A stretch of 64,000 bases of DNA, taken from NCBI GenBank assembly GCA_018001635.1, contig JAGNHS010000006.1, positions 2,905 to 66,904 on the forward strand, read 5' to 3'. Made by a program: the position numbers and the translations under genes. Source of the DNA: Pseudomonadota bacterium. GTDB lineage: Bacteria; Bdellovibrionota; UBA2428. Below are positions 1 to 9,365 of this stretch, piece by piece. The notes below the pieces were generated by a model. It worked only from the letters and a program-made list of their open reading frames with translations, made no database searches and was not told the origin of the DNA. Position 1 is the first letter of the stretch. The number at the start of each line of letters is the position of its first letter.

Positions 1-441
1 TTTTTCTAAGCTTCCTACGAGGTCGCTTTCAGAGTTTTCATAAAAATAACGAGTGCTTTCTTCGCAAAGAATTTGAAGATCGTTTTGCGTTTTAAAAAAA
101 TCTAAAAGAAGATCAAAAAGTTCCTTAGGGTAAAAGAAGCCATCGCAGATATTGGGATTACTGAGCCATACGGCTTTGAATTGATTTAAATTTAAACTTA
201 CAATTTGTTCGGGGTCTCTGGGAATTTCGATGAGTTTGATTTTTAGGGCTTGGGCAGCTTTCTCGAATATTTCGGGGTAGGGAGCAATCACTCCAACCAC
301 ATCATTTTCGGATATATTTTTAACTTTTGCCCAAGTCATTAAAGCTTCTACAGGTGTTGAATAAAAATAAACTTTTTCAGGATTTTTAACCCAGATAAGT
401 TTCTGCAAATTTTTGAGGTCCGTTGGCCATGATTGTTCCAT
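1..441 (-). CDS. N-terminal part of a PLP-dependent aminotransferase-like protein (continues beyond window start)
   Basis: Open minus-strand frame from ATG at 441-439 to position 1 (MEQSWPTDLKNLQKLIWVKNPEKVYFYSTP...AVWLSNPNICDGFFY...). The ATG directly abuts the stop of the upstream gene (TAAATG). The AVWLSNPN block resembles the class I/II aminotransferase hhhxNPxNPTG region, but NPTG itself is absent. Confidence 0.35.
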   Translation of the reverse strand, partial: MEQSWPTDLKNLQKLIWVKNPEKVYFYSTPVEALMTWAKVKNISENDVVGVIAPYPEIFEKAAQALKIKLIEIPRDPEQIVSLNLNQFKAVWLSNPNICDGFFYPKELFDLLLDFFKTQNDLQILCEESTRYFYENSESDLVGSLEK

Positions 442-1362
442 TTAGCGATACCCCGTTCTTTGTATAGTAAATTGTACATTTTGATCAGCGTCGGCCACAA
501 GGACAAAGTCCCAACGAATACTCACTAGTCCATCGTCTCCAATCATACCTTGAGGCGGGTTGGGGAAGGGGGCAGATTGTCTGAACGCATCTGTGGCTGC
601 TCTATCAAGTCCAGCTAAGCCAGAGCCTTCAAGAATTTGTATTTTTTGGAGTTGGCCTGAAGGAGAGAGAAAAACTCGAATGCTAGTTTTACGAGTTTGA
701 TTGGAGATGGGGTGTCCTTGAGATTGGAGCAGGGGAATTTCCTCTCTGAGTTTGACTTGCCAAGTTTCGCTAAGTTTTTCGCGGATGCGAGCGTAAAAAC
801 TATAATATTTAAACTCTTTGGCGTTCAGCAGAGTTTGAGCTCCAATGGCGACATCTTGGAGATAGTCGTCAGTGGCTGATTCACCCTCGCCTTTGGGCCC
901 ATCTTCGCTAGCAGGTCTTCTTAATCGACCTGTTGGGGCGCTCGCGGGTTCGCGTCCTTTAGGAGGACTTTCAGTGCTGTCTGTGATTTTTAAAAGTTGA
1001 GAGATCTTTTTTTGATCTCCCCCATTGGGATTTCCTTGATTGAATATATTTTTAAATTTTCCAAATTTAGCGGCACGAGTTTCGTTGTCGGCAATTTGAT
1101 TATGACTCGATAAGTATTTTGCCTTTTCACTTGGGGCTTCTTCACTTTTAAGTGAAGGGTCTATTTGTACAATTTGTTTTTCTTTTGAGTTCGCTTCTAA
1201 TTCACGTTTAAGAGCTTTTTGAAAATCTGCTTCACTGACTGATTTGACTTCGATAGCAGATGCAGGAGCATAATTTTCTTCATGCTTTATGAGTGATTGA
1301 ATCACTAGCAAAAGAAATAGAATTAAGTGGCCAACAAGTGACCAAAGCAGGGATCTCTTCAC
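442..1362 (-). CDS. TonB C-terminal domain protein (energy transducer TonB-like)
   Basis: N-terminal TM helix (LLWSLVGHLILFLLLVIQSLI), a Pro/Glu/Lys-rich middle, and a C-terminal TonB_C-like block (IRVFLSPSGQLQKIQILEGSGLAGLDRAATDAFRQSAPFPNPP). Confidence 0.6.
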   Translation of the reverse strand: MKRSLLWSLVGHLILFLLLVIQSLIKHEENYAPASAIEVKSVSEADFQKALKRELEANSKEKQIVQIDPSLKSEEAPSEKAKYLSSHNQIADNETRAAKFGKFKNIFNQGNPNGGDQKKISQLLKITDSTESPPKGREPASAPTGRLRRPASEDGPKGEGESATDDYLQDVAIGAQTLLNAKEFKYYSFYARIREKLSETWQVKLREEIPLLQSQGHPISNQTRKTSIRVFLSPSGQLQKIQILEGSGLAGLDRAATDAFRQSAPFPNPPQGMIGDDGLVSIRWDFVLVADADQNVQFTIQRTGYR

Positions 1363-1425
1363 CTAGGCTTATTCGGCAGCCTAGCTTAGGAATTAGAGTA
1401 GAAATGGCGTCAATAAATTAGGGGT

Positions 1426-2013
1426 CTATTTCTTGACGTTAGTGGCTTCAACACCGCTTACAATGGCCGTGGCGACTAAAACTTTAACAATTAGACCCGG
1501 AACAAAGGGGTAAAATCCCATAACAAGTAGGCTTTTCATAGGAACAAAAAAGCTTAGGCCCACTAAGCCGAAGCTAAAAATTATAGCTTTTCCTATTAGA
1601 GACGCCATGAGTGTGGAGCCAATGTTTTTAGTCCATCCACGATCGGCAAGAAGACCCACGACATAAGAAGCTGCAAGCATGCCCACTAAATATCCAGCAC
1701 TTGGAAACACTAAACCGCTTTTGAATTCAGCAAAAATAGGAAGTCCCGCCATACCCAAGCCTAAATAGCTAAGTGTGGTAGAAGTAGCTAAGCGTGAGCC
1801 ATAAAATAGTGCGATGAGAAGAACTCCCAAAGATTGACCTGTAATGGGAACAGGCGTGAAGGGAAGTGGAATGGAAACTTGAGCTAAAGCGCTGAGAAGA
1901 ATCACACCGCTTATGACAAAAGCAAGATTTAATAGTTTGAGTTGGCTAGCTTTTCGATTGAAAGCAATTCGTTGAATAAGAGTTTGGGGTTGTGCTTTGA
2001 CTTTGCTAATCAT
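1426..2013 (-). CDS. bioY: Biotin transporter BioY
   Basis: Polytopic 195-aa protein with BioY hallmarks (VSIPLPFTPVPITGQSLGVLLIALFYG; GLPIFAE; GYLVGMLAASYVVGLLADRGW). Confidence 0.85.
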   Translation of the reverse strand: MISKVKAQPQTLIQRIAFNRKASQLKLLNLAFVISGVILLSALAQVSIPLPFTPVPITGQSLGVLLIALFYGSRLATSTTLSYLGLGMAGLPIFAEFKSGLVFPSAGYLVGMLAASYVVGLLADRGWTKNIGSTLMASLIGKAIIFSFGLVGLSFFVPMKSLLVMGFYPFVPGLIVKVLVATAIVSGVEATNVKK

Positions 2014-2033
2014 GAACTTAATAAAGTCGATCC

Positions 2034-3176
2034 CTAGATTTTTGGCAAGCTTTGAAGATAGTCTTGTAATTCTTTGAAGGCTCCTGCCATTTGAAGAACT
2101 TCTAAAAGCCGTGTTCTAGCAATGGGAATGTATTGGGCATATTCAGGCTTGCCGCCTTCCGTCGAAAGTCTTCCGTAGGCGCCTAAGGCCTGCATGAGTC
2201 TTTGACTTGCTGCAGGGGCAAAATAGTCGTGCTTCCAATCTGAGTAATTGAGATTTTGAGGAAGCACTTTGATTTTTTTTAGGCGCTCAAAGGAGTTTTT
2301 TAATAAATTTTCGCGAATATTTGGCGCTATCGAAACGTATGGGTCGTAAAGCAAAGAAGCAATGTCGTATTCGGGGCGTCCTAATCGCATGCCTTGATAA
2401 TCTATAAAGCCAGGAGAACGAGGTGTGGGAAAAAGTATATTCTCGGATTGAAAGTCTCGATGTAAAAGAAATCGTTCTTGGGAAGCAATTTTTTCAATAA
2501 AGGATTTTTGTTCAGCTTCGGGTAAAAGTTTGCGGGCTTTTTCTGAGCTTAAGCCCATATCTTTTTCTAATAGTTTTTCGCGAAATAAATCCTGTTCCCA
2601 GAGGTAATAATCAAAGTTAAAGGGGGGTTCCAGCGGGGCTCCTGCTAATTCACTTTCTTTGAGTTTATGCATTTTTGCCACTTCTCTTAGGACGGCCTTA
2701 TAATCGCGCTCAATGTTTTGAGGGCTTTCTTCGACTCTACGTTTGAGAAGTTGATCGCCAAAATCTTCGAGCAAAAGAAATTCTTCGCTTCCTTCTAGTT
2801 TTTCGTGGGCAAAAACTTTTGGGACTTTGACTCCATGGCTTTGGAGAAAGTCTGTGGCTTTTACAAAATTGAGATTGTCAGCACGACTGTCATTAAAGCG
2901 CATCACGATGTAGGACTTAAGCTTTCCGTTTTCACGACGTGTGATTCTATAAAATCTTCGTCCAGAGCCGCGTATGTCCATAACTTCTTTTATGGTCCAG
3001 GGAGAATTGTTGTCTTTATTGAGATTGGGGATTTGCTTGAGTTTATCGAAAACTAAATTGAGTTCTCCGTTTTTTTGACAAGCGAGTGTGAGGGCACGAA
3101 TAGCGCTATTATTCTCGGCATGACTTAATGGAATGAGGAGAAATGCAACTAAAAGAAATAAGCCTTCCAATGTCAT
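2034..3176 (-). CDS. Aminoglycoside-phosphotransferase-fold kinase, AmgK-like (anomeric MurNAc/GlcNAc kinase family), with hydrophobic N-terminus
   Basis: SGRRFYRITR...YIVMRF...FLLLEDFGD N-lobe pattern. Catalytic/brace region HRDFQSENILF...GFIDYQGMRLGRPEYDIASLLYDPY is typical of AmgK-type APH kinases. N-terminus is MTLEGLFLLVAFLLIPLSHA. Confidence 0.7.
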   Translation of the reverse strand: MTLEGLFLLVAFLLIPLSHAENNSAIRALTLACQKNGELNLVFDKLKQIPNLNKDNNSPWTIKEVMDIRGSGRRFYRITRRENGKLKSYIVMRFNDSRADNLNFVKATDFLQSHGVKVPKVFAHEKLEGSEEFLLLEDFGDQLLKRRVEESPQNIERDYKAVLREVAKMHKLKESELAGAPLEPPFNFDYYLWEQDLFREKLLEKDMGLSSEKARKLLPEAEQKSFIEKIASQERFLLHRDFQSENILFPTPRSPGFIDYQGMRLGRPEYDIASLLYDPYVSIAPNIRENLLKNSFERLKKIKVLPQNLNYSDWKHDYFAPAASQRLMQALGAYGRLSTEGGKPEYAQYIPIARTRLLEVLQMAGAFKELQDYLQSLPKI

Positions 3177-3240
3177 AGTTTTATTTTGAGCTATGGCAAA
3201 ATTAACTACAAGTACGAATTTAGAAGTTTTTCACTTAAGA

Positions 3241-4209
3241 CTACTTATACAAACCAATTTCACGAAGTCTTTGTGCCAAATATTCGCCTGCAGTGGTGGC
3301 GGGGTCTTTGGGGGGATTCTCGGCACTTGTGCAAGTGTCGAGAGCTGCTAATGACATGTCCGAAATGGGGTGTAGAAAAAAGGGAATAGAAAAACGAGGC
3401 TTGCTCATAGCAGAGCGATCTGTTGGATTCACGACTTGGTGTGTGGTGCTTTTAAGTCTGTAATTAGTGAGACGCTGAAGCATGTCGCCCACGTTAACTA
3501 CGATTTCATCGCGTCCACTTTGAAGTGCGACCCATTCGCCTTTGCGGTTTTTAACTTGGAGGCCGGGTTCAGATGCGCCAATCAAAAGTGTGATGAGGTT
3601 GATGTCTTCATGTGCAGAGGATCTGTAGGCTTTGGGTTCTTCATCACCCCTAAGTGGAGGGTAGTGAATGGGGCGAAGTATAGAATTTCCGTAACGGACT
3701 TTTTCAGTAAAATAATCTTCTGGAACTTCAAGTATGATGGAGATAGCTCTGAGCATGTCGATGCCAAGTTCCAGTAAACCACTATAGAGATTTCTAAGTG
3801 TTTGATCGAAGTCTTTCACATCGGATACGGAAACGTTTTTGGGATAAACTTTTGATAGTGGGTTGCTTTCGGGAACCTCAACACCAACATGAAAGAATTC
3901 TTTAAGATCAAATACAGGATTGTCTTTGGCGTGCTCTGTTTTAAAAGGTGTGAAACCTCGGGCGCCACCAGTATTTGGAATGTGGTATTTCATTTTTGTC
4001 TCATTGGGGAGAGCAAAAAAGTTTTGAACCACTTCATAACTTTTTTCTTGCAACTGTGAACTCACCTTGTGACCTTTGATGATCACAAAACCAATGTCTT
4101 CGTAGGCCGTTCGTAATCCCTGAACAAAGGCCTTTTTATCGCTAGAATTATTAGAATAAAATTGGTTGATATCGAGTGTAAGAATTTGGCTCATAGGCCT
4201 CGAATACAT
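3241..4209 (-). CDS. 2-oxoglutarate/Fe(II)-dependent oxygenase (isopenicillin N synthase-like family)
   Basis: N-terminal DIOX_N-like region (FVQGLRTAYEDIGFVIIKGHKV) and 2OG-FeII_Oxy core (AHEDINLITLL...GDMLQRLTNYRLKSTTHQVVNP) with the HxD...H triad pattern. Confidence 0.8.
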   Translation of the reverse strand: MYSRPMSQILTLDINQFYSNNSSDKKAFVQGLRTAYEDIGFVIIKGHKVSSQLQEKSYEVVQNFFALPNETKMKYHIPNTGGARGFTPFKTEHAKDNPVFDLKEFFHVGVEVPESNPLSKVYPKNVSVSDVKDFDQTLRNLYSGLLELGIDMLRAISIILEVPEDYFTEKVRYGNSILRPIHYPPLRGDEEPKAYRSSAHEDINLITLLIGASEPGLQVKNRKGEWVALQSGRDEIVVNVGDMLQRLTNYRLKSTTHQVVNPTDRSAMSKPRFSIPFFLHPISDMSLAALDTCTSAENPPKDPATTAGEYLAQRLREIGLYK

Positions 4210-4292
4210 GGCTTCAAAGATTCTGGCAACTCAATAGCCCTTACATCCTGGACCCAAGGCCGCTGCCTAATAAATCTACGAAATTTAACCCT

Positions 4293-6071
4293 TTATAAAA
4301 GCTTTAATGGCCCCGCGACGAGCTCTCCACCTCTGTGAATACTCGCTTGGTTGGGGTGATTCAGAGCGATTCCTGGTGAAAGCTGTGCATAATTTTCAAC
4401 GCTAGTCATTGTTGCGCGAGTTTCATAGAGCGCTTGAATGGGCAGAATGAGGTCGGCTCTGTCTGTGTAAATGCTTTGAAAAGAATCAGCCACTATAACG
4501 AGAGGGGCGCTGGCAAGATATTGTGCGAGAGCTTCAGAGCGTTTTCTTTGCGTGCTTTGAGCAAATAAAAATATGGGGCCCTTAGCTTTTTGCCCTTGAA
4601 GAGAATTTTCCAAGTACTCAATAGGGGCGAGACCTTCATTTAGAAGTCCTCGAGAATTAGTGCCAGTCCAAAGCACAAGCTGTTGGCATTGTGCAGAGGC
4701 TTGAGACATGGCCTTGAGGTCAGTATCATTTTTAGGAGCTGATAAAAGCAATAAGTCTTCTGCGCCAAGTTTAGAAAATTCAGAAGAGTCTTTGTATTCA
4801 ATCCACTGCAATTTAGATTCTCTAACAGCTTGGGCAATTTTTAATTTTAAAATTGGAATGAGTTTTTCAAGTGTGTCTAAGGAAATTGGAGAATGAACTT
4901 TTTTGACTTGAGCCCAGTTAATTTGACCGGCACCTTGTGGAGTGGCGGCCAGAGTTTTCCAATAATTTAAGAGACTCGCCGAAGCTGGGCTCGGATTGAT
5001 GACTTCAACTTTTCGCCCTCGAGCGATCCAGGAATCTCTTAATTCTTTGGCCCAAGAAATTTCTTCGTGGGGGGCGGTGTCTTCTATCCAAAATTCCCAC
5101 GCATTTTGATTGGAGTATTCTTCAATGTTTCTTTGAATCTCTTTTAATGAAACTTCTTCGAGAGCTCCATTTTTTGATCGGCGTAACATTGGGGATTGAA
5201 GTCGAAGTTCGTCGTTATTGTGAAAGTGATATCCCCATCGTCCTTCGTCACACATCCACCAACGATTGATGTTTTGATTTTTGCGAGGAGTGAGTCGTAC
5301 AATTTTTGGATTAGGTGGAGCTTTGTCGGGGCGAACGATTCCAGGGTGGCGATGCTTGGTGTCGATTTCAACGTTGCAACCCATTGAGCATCCTGTGCAA
5401 ATAGCATCGTGGCTTTTAAGTTCCCAAGGACGCGCGGCAAATCTAAAATCCTGAGCTGTTAAGGCGCCCACAGGACAGAGATCGACGACGTTTCCTGAAA
5501 ATGCGGATTTTAAGGGAGCGTTGTTAAAGACGTCTATGACGTTGGAATTACCTCGGTTGTTGACAACAAGTTCTGCTTTGCCGTCAATTTCAGAGGAGAA
5601 TCGTACACAGCGAGTGCAGAGAATACATCGTTCTTGGTCGAGAACGATTTGGTCAGAAATGCTTTTATGTTTATCTCTCAAAACTTTTTCGTCTTCCATT
5701 CGAGAGAGTGGGGGGCCATATTGATAAGTGTAGTCTTGAAGTTTGCATTCTCCACCGCGATCGCAAATAGGGCAATCTAGAGGGTGATTGAGCAGTGTGA
5801 ATTCTAAAGACGCATTTTGTCCGCTTTGAACTTTTTCAGATTGAGTGATGACTTTCATGCCTTCGGCAACAGGGGTCGAGCAGGCTGTAGCCAATTTAGG
5901 CATGCCTTCAACTTCTACAAAACACATTCGGCATTGGCCCACTACCGTGAGGCCTTCATGATAGCAAAAATAGGGAACATGTTGTCCCGCTTTTTTGGTA
6001 GCCTTAATGATGTTGGACCCCTGGGGAACGCTAACTGGGATTCCGTCTACTGTAAGATTTATATCGCTCAC
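4293..6071 (-). CDS. nuoG: NADH-quinone oxidoreductase subunit G-like (short form, 592 aa)
   Basis: 2Fe-2S ferredoxin start (INLTVDGIPVSVPQGSNIIKA...CYHEGLTVVGQCRMCFVEVEG...ACSTP). His/Cys cluster HPLDCPICDRGGECKLQD. 4Fe-4S motifs CILCTRCVRF and DLCPVGAL, then CTGCSMGCN. The C-terminal molybdopterin-like region is short. Confidence 0.85.
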   Translation of the reverse strand: MSDINLTVDGIPVSVPQGSNIIKATKKAGQHVPYFCYHEGLTVVGQCRMCFVEVEGMPKLATACSTPVAEGMKVITQSEKVQSGQNASLEFTLLNHPLDCPICDRGGECKLQDYTYQYGPPLSRMEDEKVLRDKHKSISDQIVLDQERCILCTRCVRFSSEIDGKAELVVNNRGNSNVIDVFNNAPLKSAFSGNVVDLCPVGALTAQDFRFAARPWELKSHDAICTGCSMGCNVEIDTKHRHPGIVRPDKAPPNPKIVRLTPRKNQNINRWWMCDEGRWGYHFHNNDELRLQSPMLRRSKNGALEEVSLKEIQRNIEEYSNQNAWEFWIEDTAPHEEISWAKELRDSWIARGRKVEVINPSPASASLLNYWKTLAATPQGAGQINWAQVKKVHSPISLDTLEKLIPILKLKIAQAVRESKLQWIEYKDSSEFSKLGAEDLLLLSAPKNDTDLKAMSQASAQCQQLVLWTGTNSRGLLNEGLAPIEYLENSLQGQKAKGPIFLFAQSTQRKRSEALAQYLASAPLVIVADSFQSIYTDRADLILPIQALYETRATMTSVENYAQLSPGIALNHPNQASIHRGGELVAGPLKLL

Positions 6072-6086
6072 TTTTTAAAAAACCTC

Positions 6087-7793
6087 TTACCTATCAATTT
6101 CGCCTAAAACGGGATCGAGACTTGCAATGGTTGTGACCACATCGGCGATGAGTTTTCCTTTAACGAGTTCGGGAATAATTTGTACGCTTCTATAAGAAGG
6201 ACTGTGTATACGAGTGCGCACGGGTTTGTTGCCGCCATCACTTTTAATGAAAAATCCAAATTCTCCTTTGGGATTTTCAATGGCGGAATAAATCTGGCCC
6301 ACAGGAGCTTTGAAACCCTCGGAGATAATTTTAAAGTGCCAGATTAGAGCTTCCATTTGAGTGTAAACTTGATCTTTTGTTGGAATCACAACTTCAGGAA
6401 CATCGGCATTAACAGGGCCAGTAGGAAGATTGTTAATGGCTTGTTCGAGAATTTTGATACTCTCACGCATTTCAAGTTGGCGTACGAGATATCGATCGTA
6501 AGCATCGCCGTTGTCACCTAGGGGAACTTTAAAATCGAAATCTGAATAGGCCAAATAAGGCATGTTTTTTCGAAGATCCCAATTGATGCCAGTGGCTCTT
6601 AAGTTCGGACCACTAATTCCGTATTGCAGAGCTAGTTTTTGGCTTATGGCGCCTACACCGCTAGTGCGATCAATCCAGATACGATTGTTAGTAAGCAAAT
6701 GCTCCATGTCGTCGAGTGTGGCGGGTAATTGCTTTAGAAACGCTTGTAGTTCAGTAATGAATTCTTTGCTGGCGTCGCGAGCCACTCCACCAATGCGTGT
6801 ATAGCTTGTCGTGAATCGATGCCCAGCCAGTTTTTCAATGAGATCGTAAATTTTTTCACGTTCATCGAAGGTGTGGAAGAAAACTGTGCCGGCTCCAACG
6901 TCGAGAGCGTAAGTTCCAAGAGCCAATAGATGGGAACTAATTCTTGCTAATTCACAGGCGATCACTCTTACGTATTGAGCGCGTTTTGGAAGTTCAATTC
7001 CAAAAAGTTTTTCAACAGCCATGGCGTAGCTCACATTGTTAGAAAGCGGCGCTAAGTAGTCGAGTCGGTCAGTGTATGGAATAAATTGATGGAATCTTTT
7101 ATTTTCAGCAATTTTTTCGAAACCGCGATGGAGAAATCCAATATCGGGAATGCATTGAATCACTGTTTCGCCATCGATTTCTAGAATCATTCGGAGCACC
7201 CCGTGAGTGGAGGGGTGTTGTGGGCCCATGTTTAAAATTAAAGTGTCGTTATGCTTTTTTTGTATAGGAGTGCTGAGTTTTGGAAGGCTTAGCTTAACGG
7301 GTTCGTCGGATCGACTGATGGGATTTAATCCATGACTGCGCTTAATCTTTTTTTGCACCGTAAATAGAGCTTGCATGAGAGCTTCGGGACGGGGGGGACA
7401 ACCCGGAACATAAACATCTACGGGGAGAATGTGGTCGAGGCCCTGAACTACGGGATAGCTATCGAACATTCCCCCAGTGCAAAGACAGGTGCCCATGGCG
7501 ATGACCCATTTGGGTTCCATCATTTGCTCGTAAACACGTCGAACAACGGGCGCCATTTTGTATGTGAGAGTACCAGCCACGATCATAAGATCGGCTTGGC
7601 GCGGAGAGAATCGAAGCACTTCGCTTCCAAAGCGTGACATATCAAATTTAGGACCAACGGTGGCCATCATTTCGATAGCGCAACAAGAAATTCCCATAGG
7701 CATAGGCCACAGACTATTGGCCCGACCCCAATTGATGAGATCCTCCAAACGAGTTGTGATTATGGATTCGCCTAGTTTTGACTCAAGACCCAT
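6087..7793 (-). CDS. nuoBD: Fused NADH-quinone oxidoreductase subunits B and D (no NuoC segment)
   Basis: Residues 1 to about 160 are NuoB ([19 protein letters not shown]; [12 protein letters not shown]; [10 protein letters not shown]). After a roughly 40-aa linker comes a complete NuoD ([16 protein letters not shown]...GFLHRGFEK...[13 protein letters not shown]...[10 protein letters not shown]). Total length (568 aa) leaves no room for a NuoC domain. Confidence 0.9.
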   Translation of the reverse strand: MGLESKLGESIITTRLEDLINWGRANSLWPMPMGISCCAIEMMATVGPKFDMSRFGSEVLRFSPRQADLMIVAGTLTYKMAPVVRRVYEQMMEPKWVIAMGTCLCTGGMFDSYPVVQGLDHILPVDVYVPGCPPRPEALMQALFTVQKKIKRSHGLNPISRSDEPVKLSLPKLSTPIQKKHNDTLILNMGPQHPSTHGVLRMILEIDGETVIQCIPDIGFLHRGFEKIAENKRFHQFIPYTDRLDYLAPLSNNVSYAMAVEKLFGIELPKRAQYVRVIACELARISSHLLALGTYALDVGAGTVFFHTFDEREKIYDLIEKLAGHRFTTSYTRIGGVARDASKEFITELQAFLKQLPATLDDMEHLLTNNRIWIDRTSGVGAISQKLALQYGISGPNLRATGINWDLRKNMPYLAYSDFDFKVPLGDNGDAYDRYLVRQLEMRESIKILEQAINNLPTGPVNADVPEVVIPTKDQVYTQMEALIWHFKIISEGFKAPVGQIYSAIENPKGEFGFFIKSDGGNKPVRTRIHSPSYRSVQIIPELVKGKLIADVVTTIASLDPVLGEIDR

Positions 7794-7795
7794 TT

Positions 7796-8164
7796 TTACA
7801 AAGTCTCCTCAAGATGTTCGTCTGCATCATCTTCTTCGCTCAAAGCGGCAGGTTTTTTCTTCATATCTGACTTGGATTGAAACTGTCGAATAAGGTGTTC
7901 TTCTCTTTGAAGAAGTTTGTCGATATTTTCAATTTTAATAATGAGGCGATCGATTTGCAGATCGGATATTTTGCCCTCTTTAGTGTGTTGAACTGCAATC
8001 TCACCAATTTTTTGTAAAAATTGAAGGCGCTGTTGCTGAAGTCTGGTCGCGTCATAAAGAGTTTGTGCAATTTTTCCGGTTCTAGAGAGTTCTTCGGCCG
8101 GACGAGCAAAAAATCGCCGAAAAGCATTGCTGATACTACGGGTAAAACTCTTTGATGTGCTCAT
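7796..8164 (-). CDS. Hypothetical coiled-coil protein (122 aa), immediately upstream of nuoBD
   Basis: ORF ends 2 nt before the nuoBD start. Heptad-like, charged sequence with an acidic tail. No family recognised. Confidence 0.45.
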   Translation of the reverse strand: MSTSKSFTRSISNAFRRFFARPAEELSRTGKIAQTLYDATRLQQQRLQFLQKIGEIAVQHTKEGKISDLQIDRLIIKIENIDKLLQREEHLIRQFQSKSDMKKKPAALSEEDDADEHLEETL

Positions 8165-8260
8165 AGGATAGGATAGTTATACCCAGACTTGAAGCATAAC
8201 TCCAGACCAAGCTAAAATTGCTCTTAGATCTAAGATTGTCTTTAGTTTTCATCGTAGCTC

Positions 8261-8291
8261 TTGATAAAATTGAGGCTTCCACTTAGATAAT
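8261..8291 (+). promoter_or_regulatory. Candidate sigma-70-type promoter for tRNA-Leu
   Basis: TTGATA (8261-8266), a 17-nt spacer, then TAGATAAT (8284-8291), ending about 13 nt upstream of the tRNA 5' end. Motif match only. Confidence 0.3.
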
Positions 8292-8303
8292 ACTTTCCAA
8301 TAC

Positions 8304-8387
8304 GGCTCTTTGGCGGAACTGGTAGACGCAGTGGACTCAAAATCCACCGCCTTCACGGGCGTCCGAGTTCGACTCTCGGAGGAGCCA
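8304..8387 (+). tRNA. tRNA-Leu (anticodon CAA), class II with long variable arm
   Basis: Acceptor GGCTCTT pairs with AGGAGCC (one G-U). D arm is GCGGAACTGGTAGACGC. Anticodon stem GTGGA/TCCAC carries loop CTCAAAA. A long variable arm is present, and the T arm is CCGAG-TTCGACT-CTCGG. Discriminator is A. CCA is not encoded. Confidence 0.9.
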
Positions 8388-8389
8388 TT

Positions 8390-9256
8390 TTAATGCAGTG
8401 GTCGCTTTTTAATCATTCCACCTCGGGTGTCTTTAATTGAATGTTGAATAATAAAAGCTTCTGGATCGATCAATTCAACTGCACTCAAAAGTTGAGTGAC
8501 CTCGAGTCGAGTGACGGCACAAAATAGAGCTTTGCGTTCTTCGGTGTCGTGACCTTTTTTTCCATAGCCACCTTCAGTTTTATAAACGGTGACGCCTCGT
8601 TGAAGCTCGTTCGTGAGCATCTTTCTAATTTTTTCAAACTTGGGCGAAATAATAGTAACCCCTATGTATTCTTCTATTCCGTTTAAAACGAAATCAACAC
8701 TTTTGGATGCGGAAACATAAGTGAGCATGGAATACATGGCTGTTTCAAAATTTAGTAAGAACGCTACGCCAATAAATAAAATAAAATTAAACAAGGCTAT
8801 AAAATCGCCAACTGAAAGGCTCGATTTTCGACTTATTTGAACTGCAAGCACTTCGGTGCCGTCAATAACAGCACCACCGCGAATAGTGAGACCTATTCCA
8901 AGTCCCAAGAAAACTCCACCGAATACAGCAATAAGTAATTTATCTTGAGTGAATGCAGGTATGTGAATTGAGTGAACGGCCAGAGCCAATATCACAATGG
9001 CGATGGCGCTTTTAAGGGCAAACTCTAATGAAATTTGTTTAATACCCATGAGTACAAAGGGAATATTCACAAGCACAATAAAAATAGAGAGATCAATATT
9101 TATAAAGTGGTTGAGTAATAGAGATATTCCCATGGCGCCACCATCAAAAAATCCGTTAGGCAGGAGAAAGCCCTTAAGACCAATAGTGGCAAAAATTATT
9201 CCTAATAAAATTAAAATATTTTTAGAAACCCATATAAATTTAAGAGGCTTAGGCAT
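8390..9256 (-). CDS. YitT family membrane protein (with C-terminal DUF2179 domain)
   Basis: Polytopic N-terminal part (GFLLPNGFFDGGAMGISLLL) and C-terminal soluble DUF2179-like block (GVTVYKTEGGYGKKGHDTEERKALFCAVTRLEVTQL). Confidence 0.8.
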   Translation of the reverse strand: MPKPLKFIWVSKNILILLGIIFATIGLKGFLLPNGFFDGGAMGISLLLNHFINIDLSIFIVLVNIPFVLMGIKQISLEFALKSAIAIVILALAVHSIHIPAFTQDKLLIAVFGGVFLGLGIGLTIRGGAVIDGTEVLAVQISRKSSLSVGDFIALFNFILFIGVAFLLNFETAMYSMLTYVSASKSVDFVLNGIEEYIGVTIISPKFEKIRKMLTNELQRGVTVYKTEGGYGKKGHDTEERKALFCAVTRLEVTQLLSAVELIDPEAFIIQHSIKDTRGGMIKKRPLH

Positions 9257-9365
9257 AGAGATTATATTTTATCAAAAATAATAATAGAGCAAGGCTCACT
9301 TTAAATTTAAGCCTTTTAAGAGAATTGCCGAAGTCTTCTTGATTCATATGAGTAGGAGACTTCAG

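Noticed and set aside
697-879. Numerous 60-110-aa ORFs nested in or antisense to larger genes (for example 697-879, 2805-3056, 3436-3777, 5144-5440, 6562-6804, 7371-7893, 10260-10752, 11027-11677, 21723-22020, 24903-25241, 27091-27312, 32075-32678, 38091-38279, 38614-38911, 40602-42027, 43054-43344, 47765-48290, 50950-52080, 53231-53425, 53675-53914, 54246-54506, 56397-57716, 58515-59120, 59222-59449, 59800-60331, 62690-63536)
   Set aside because: Each lies within a longer ORF that has family motifs or a coherent signal-peptide/domain structure. None has an RBS or motif of its own, so they were judged to be shadow ORFs.
1363-1425. Hairpin CTAGGCT-N8-AGCCTAG between bioY and the TonB-like gene as a terminator
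   Set aside because: It has a 7-bp stem without a downstream U-tract on the relevant (minus) strand. The two genes are probably co-transcribed or separated by a weak structure, so it is not reported as a feature.
4224-4238. TGGCAA-N5-TAGC sigma-54-like motif
   Set aside because: It lies on the plus strand inside a minus-strand operon spacer (between nuoG and the 2OG oxygenase gene), with no plus-strand gene downstream. It is likely a chance match.
8304-9300. tRNA-Leu as an integration hotspot (genomic island or prophage boundary)
   Set aside because: No integrase, no direct repeat of the tRNA 3' end, and no phage-like genes were found on either side. The neighbouring genes are ordinary (nuo, yitT).
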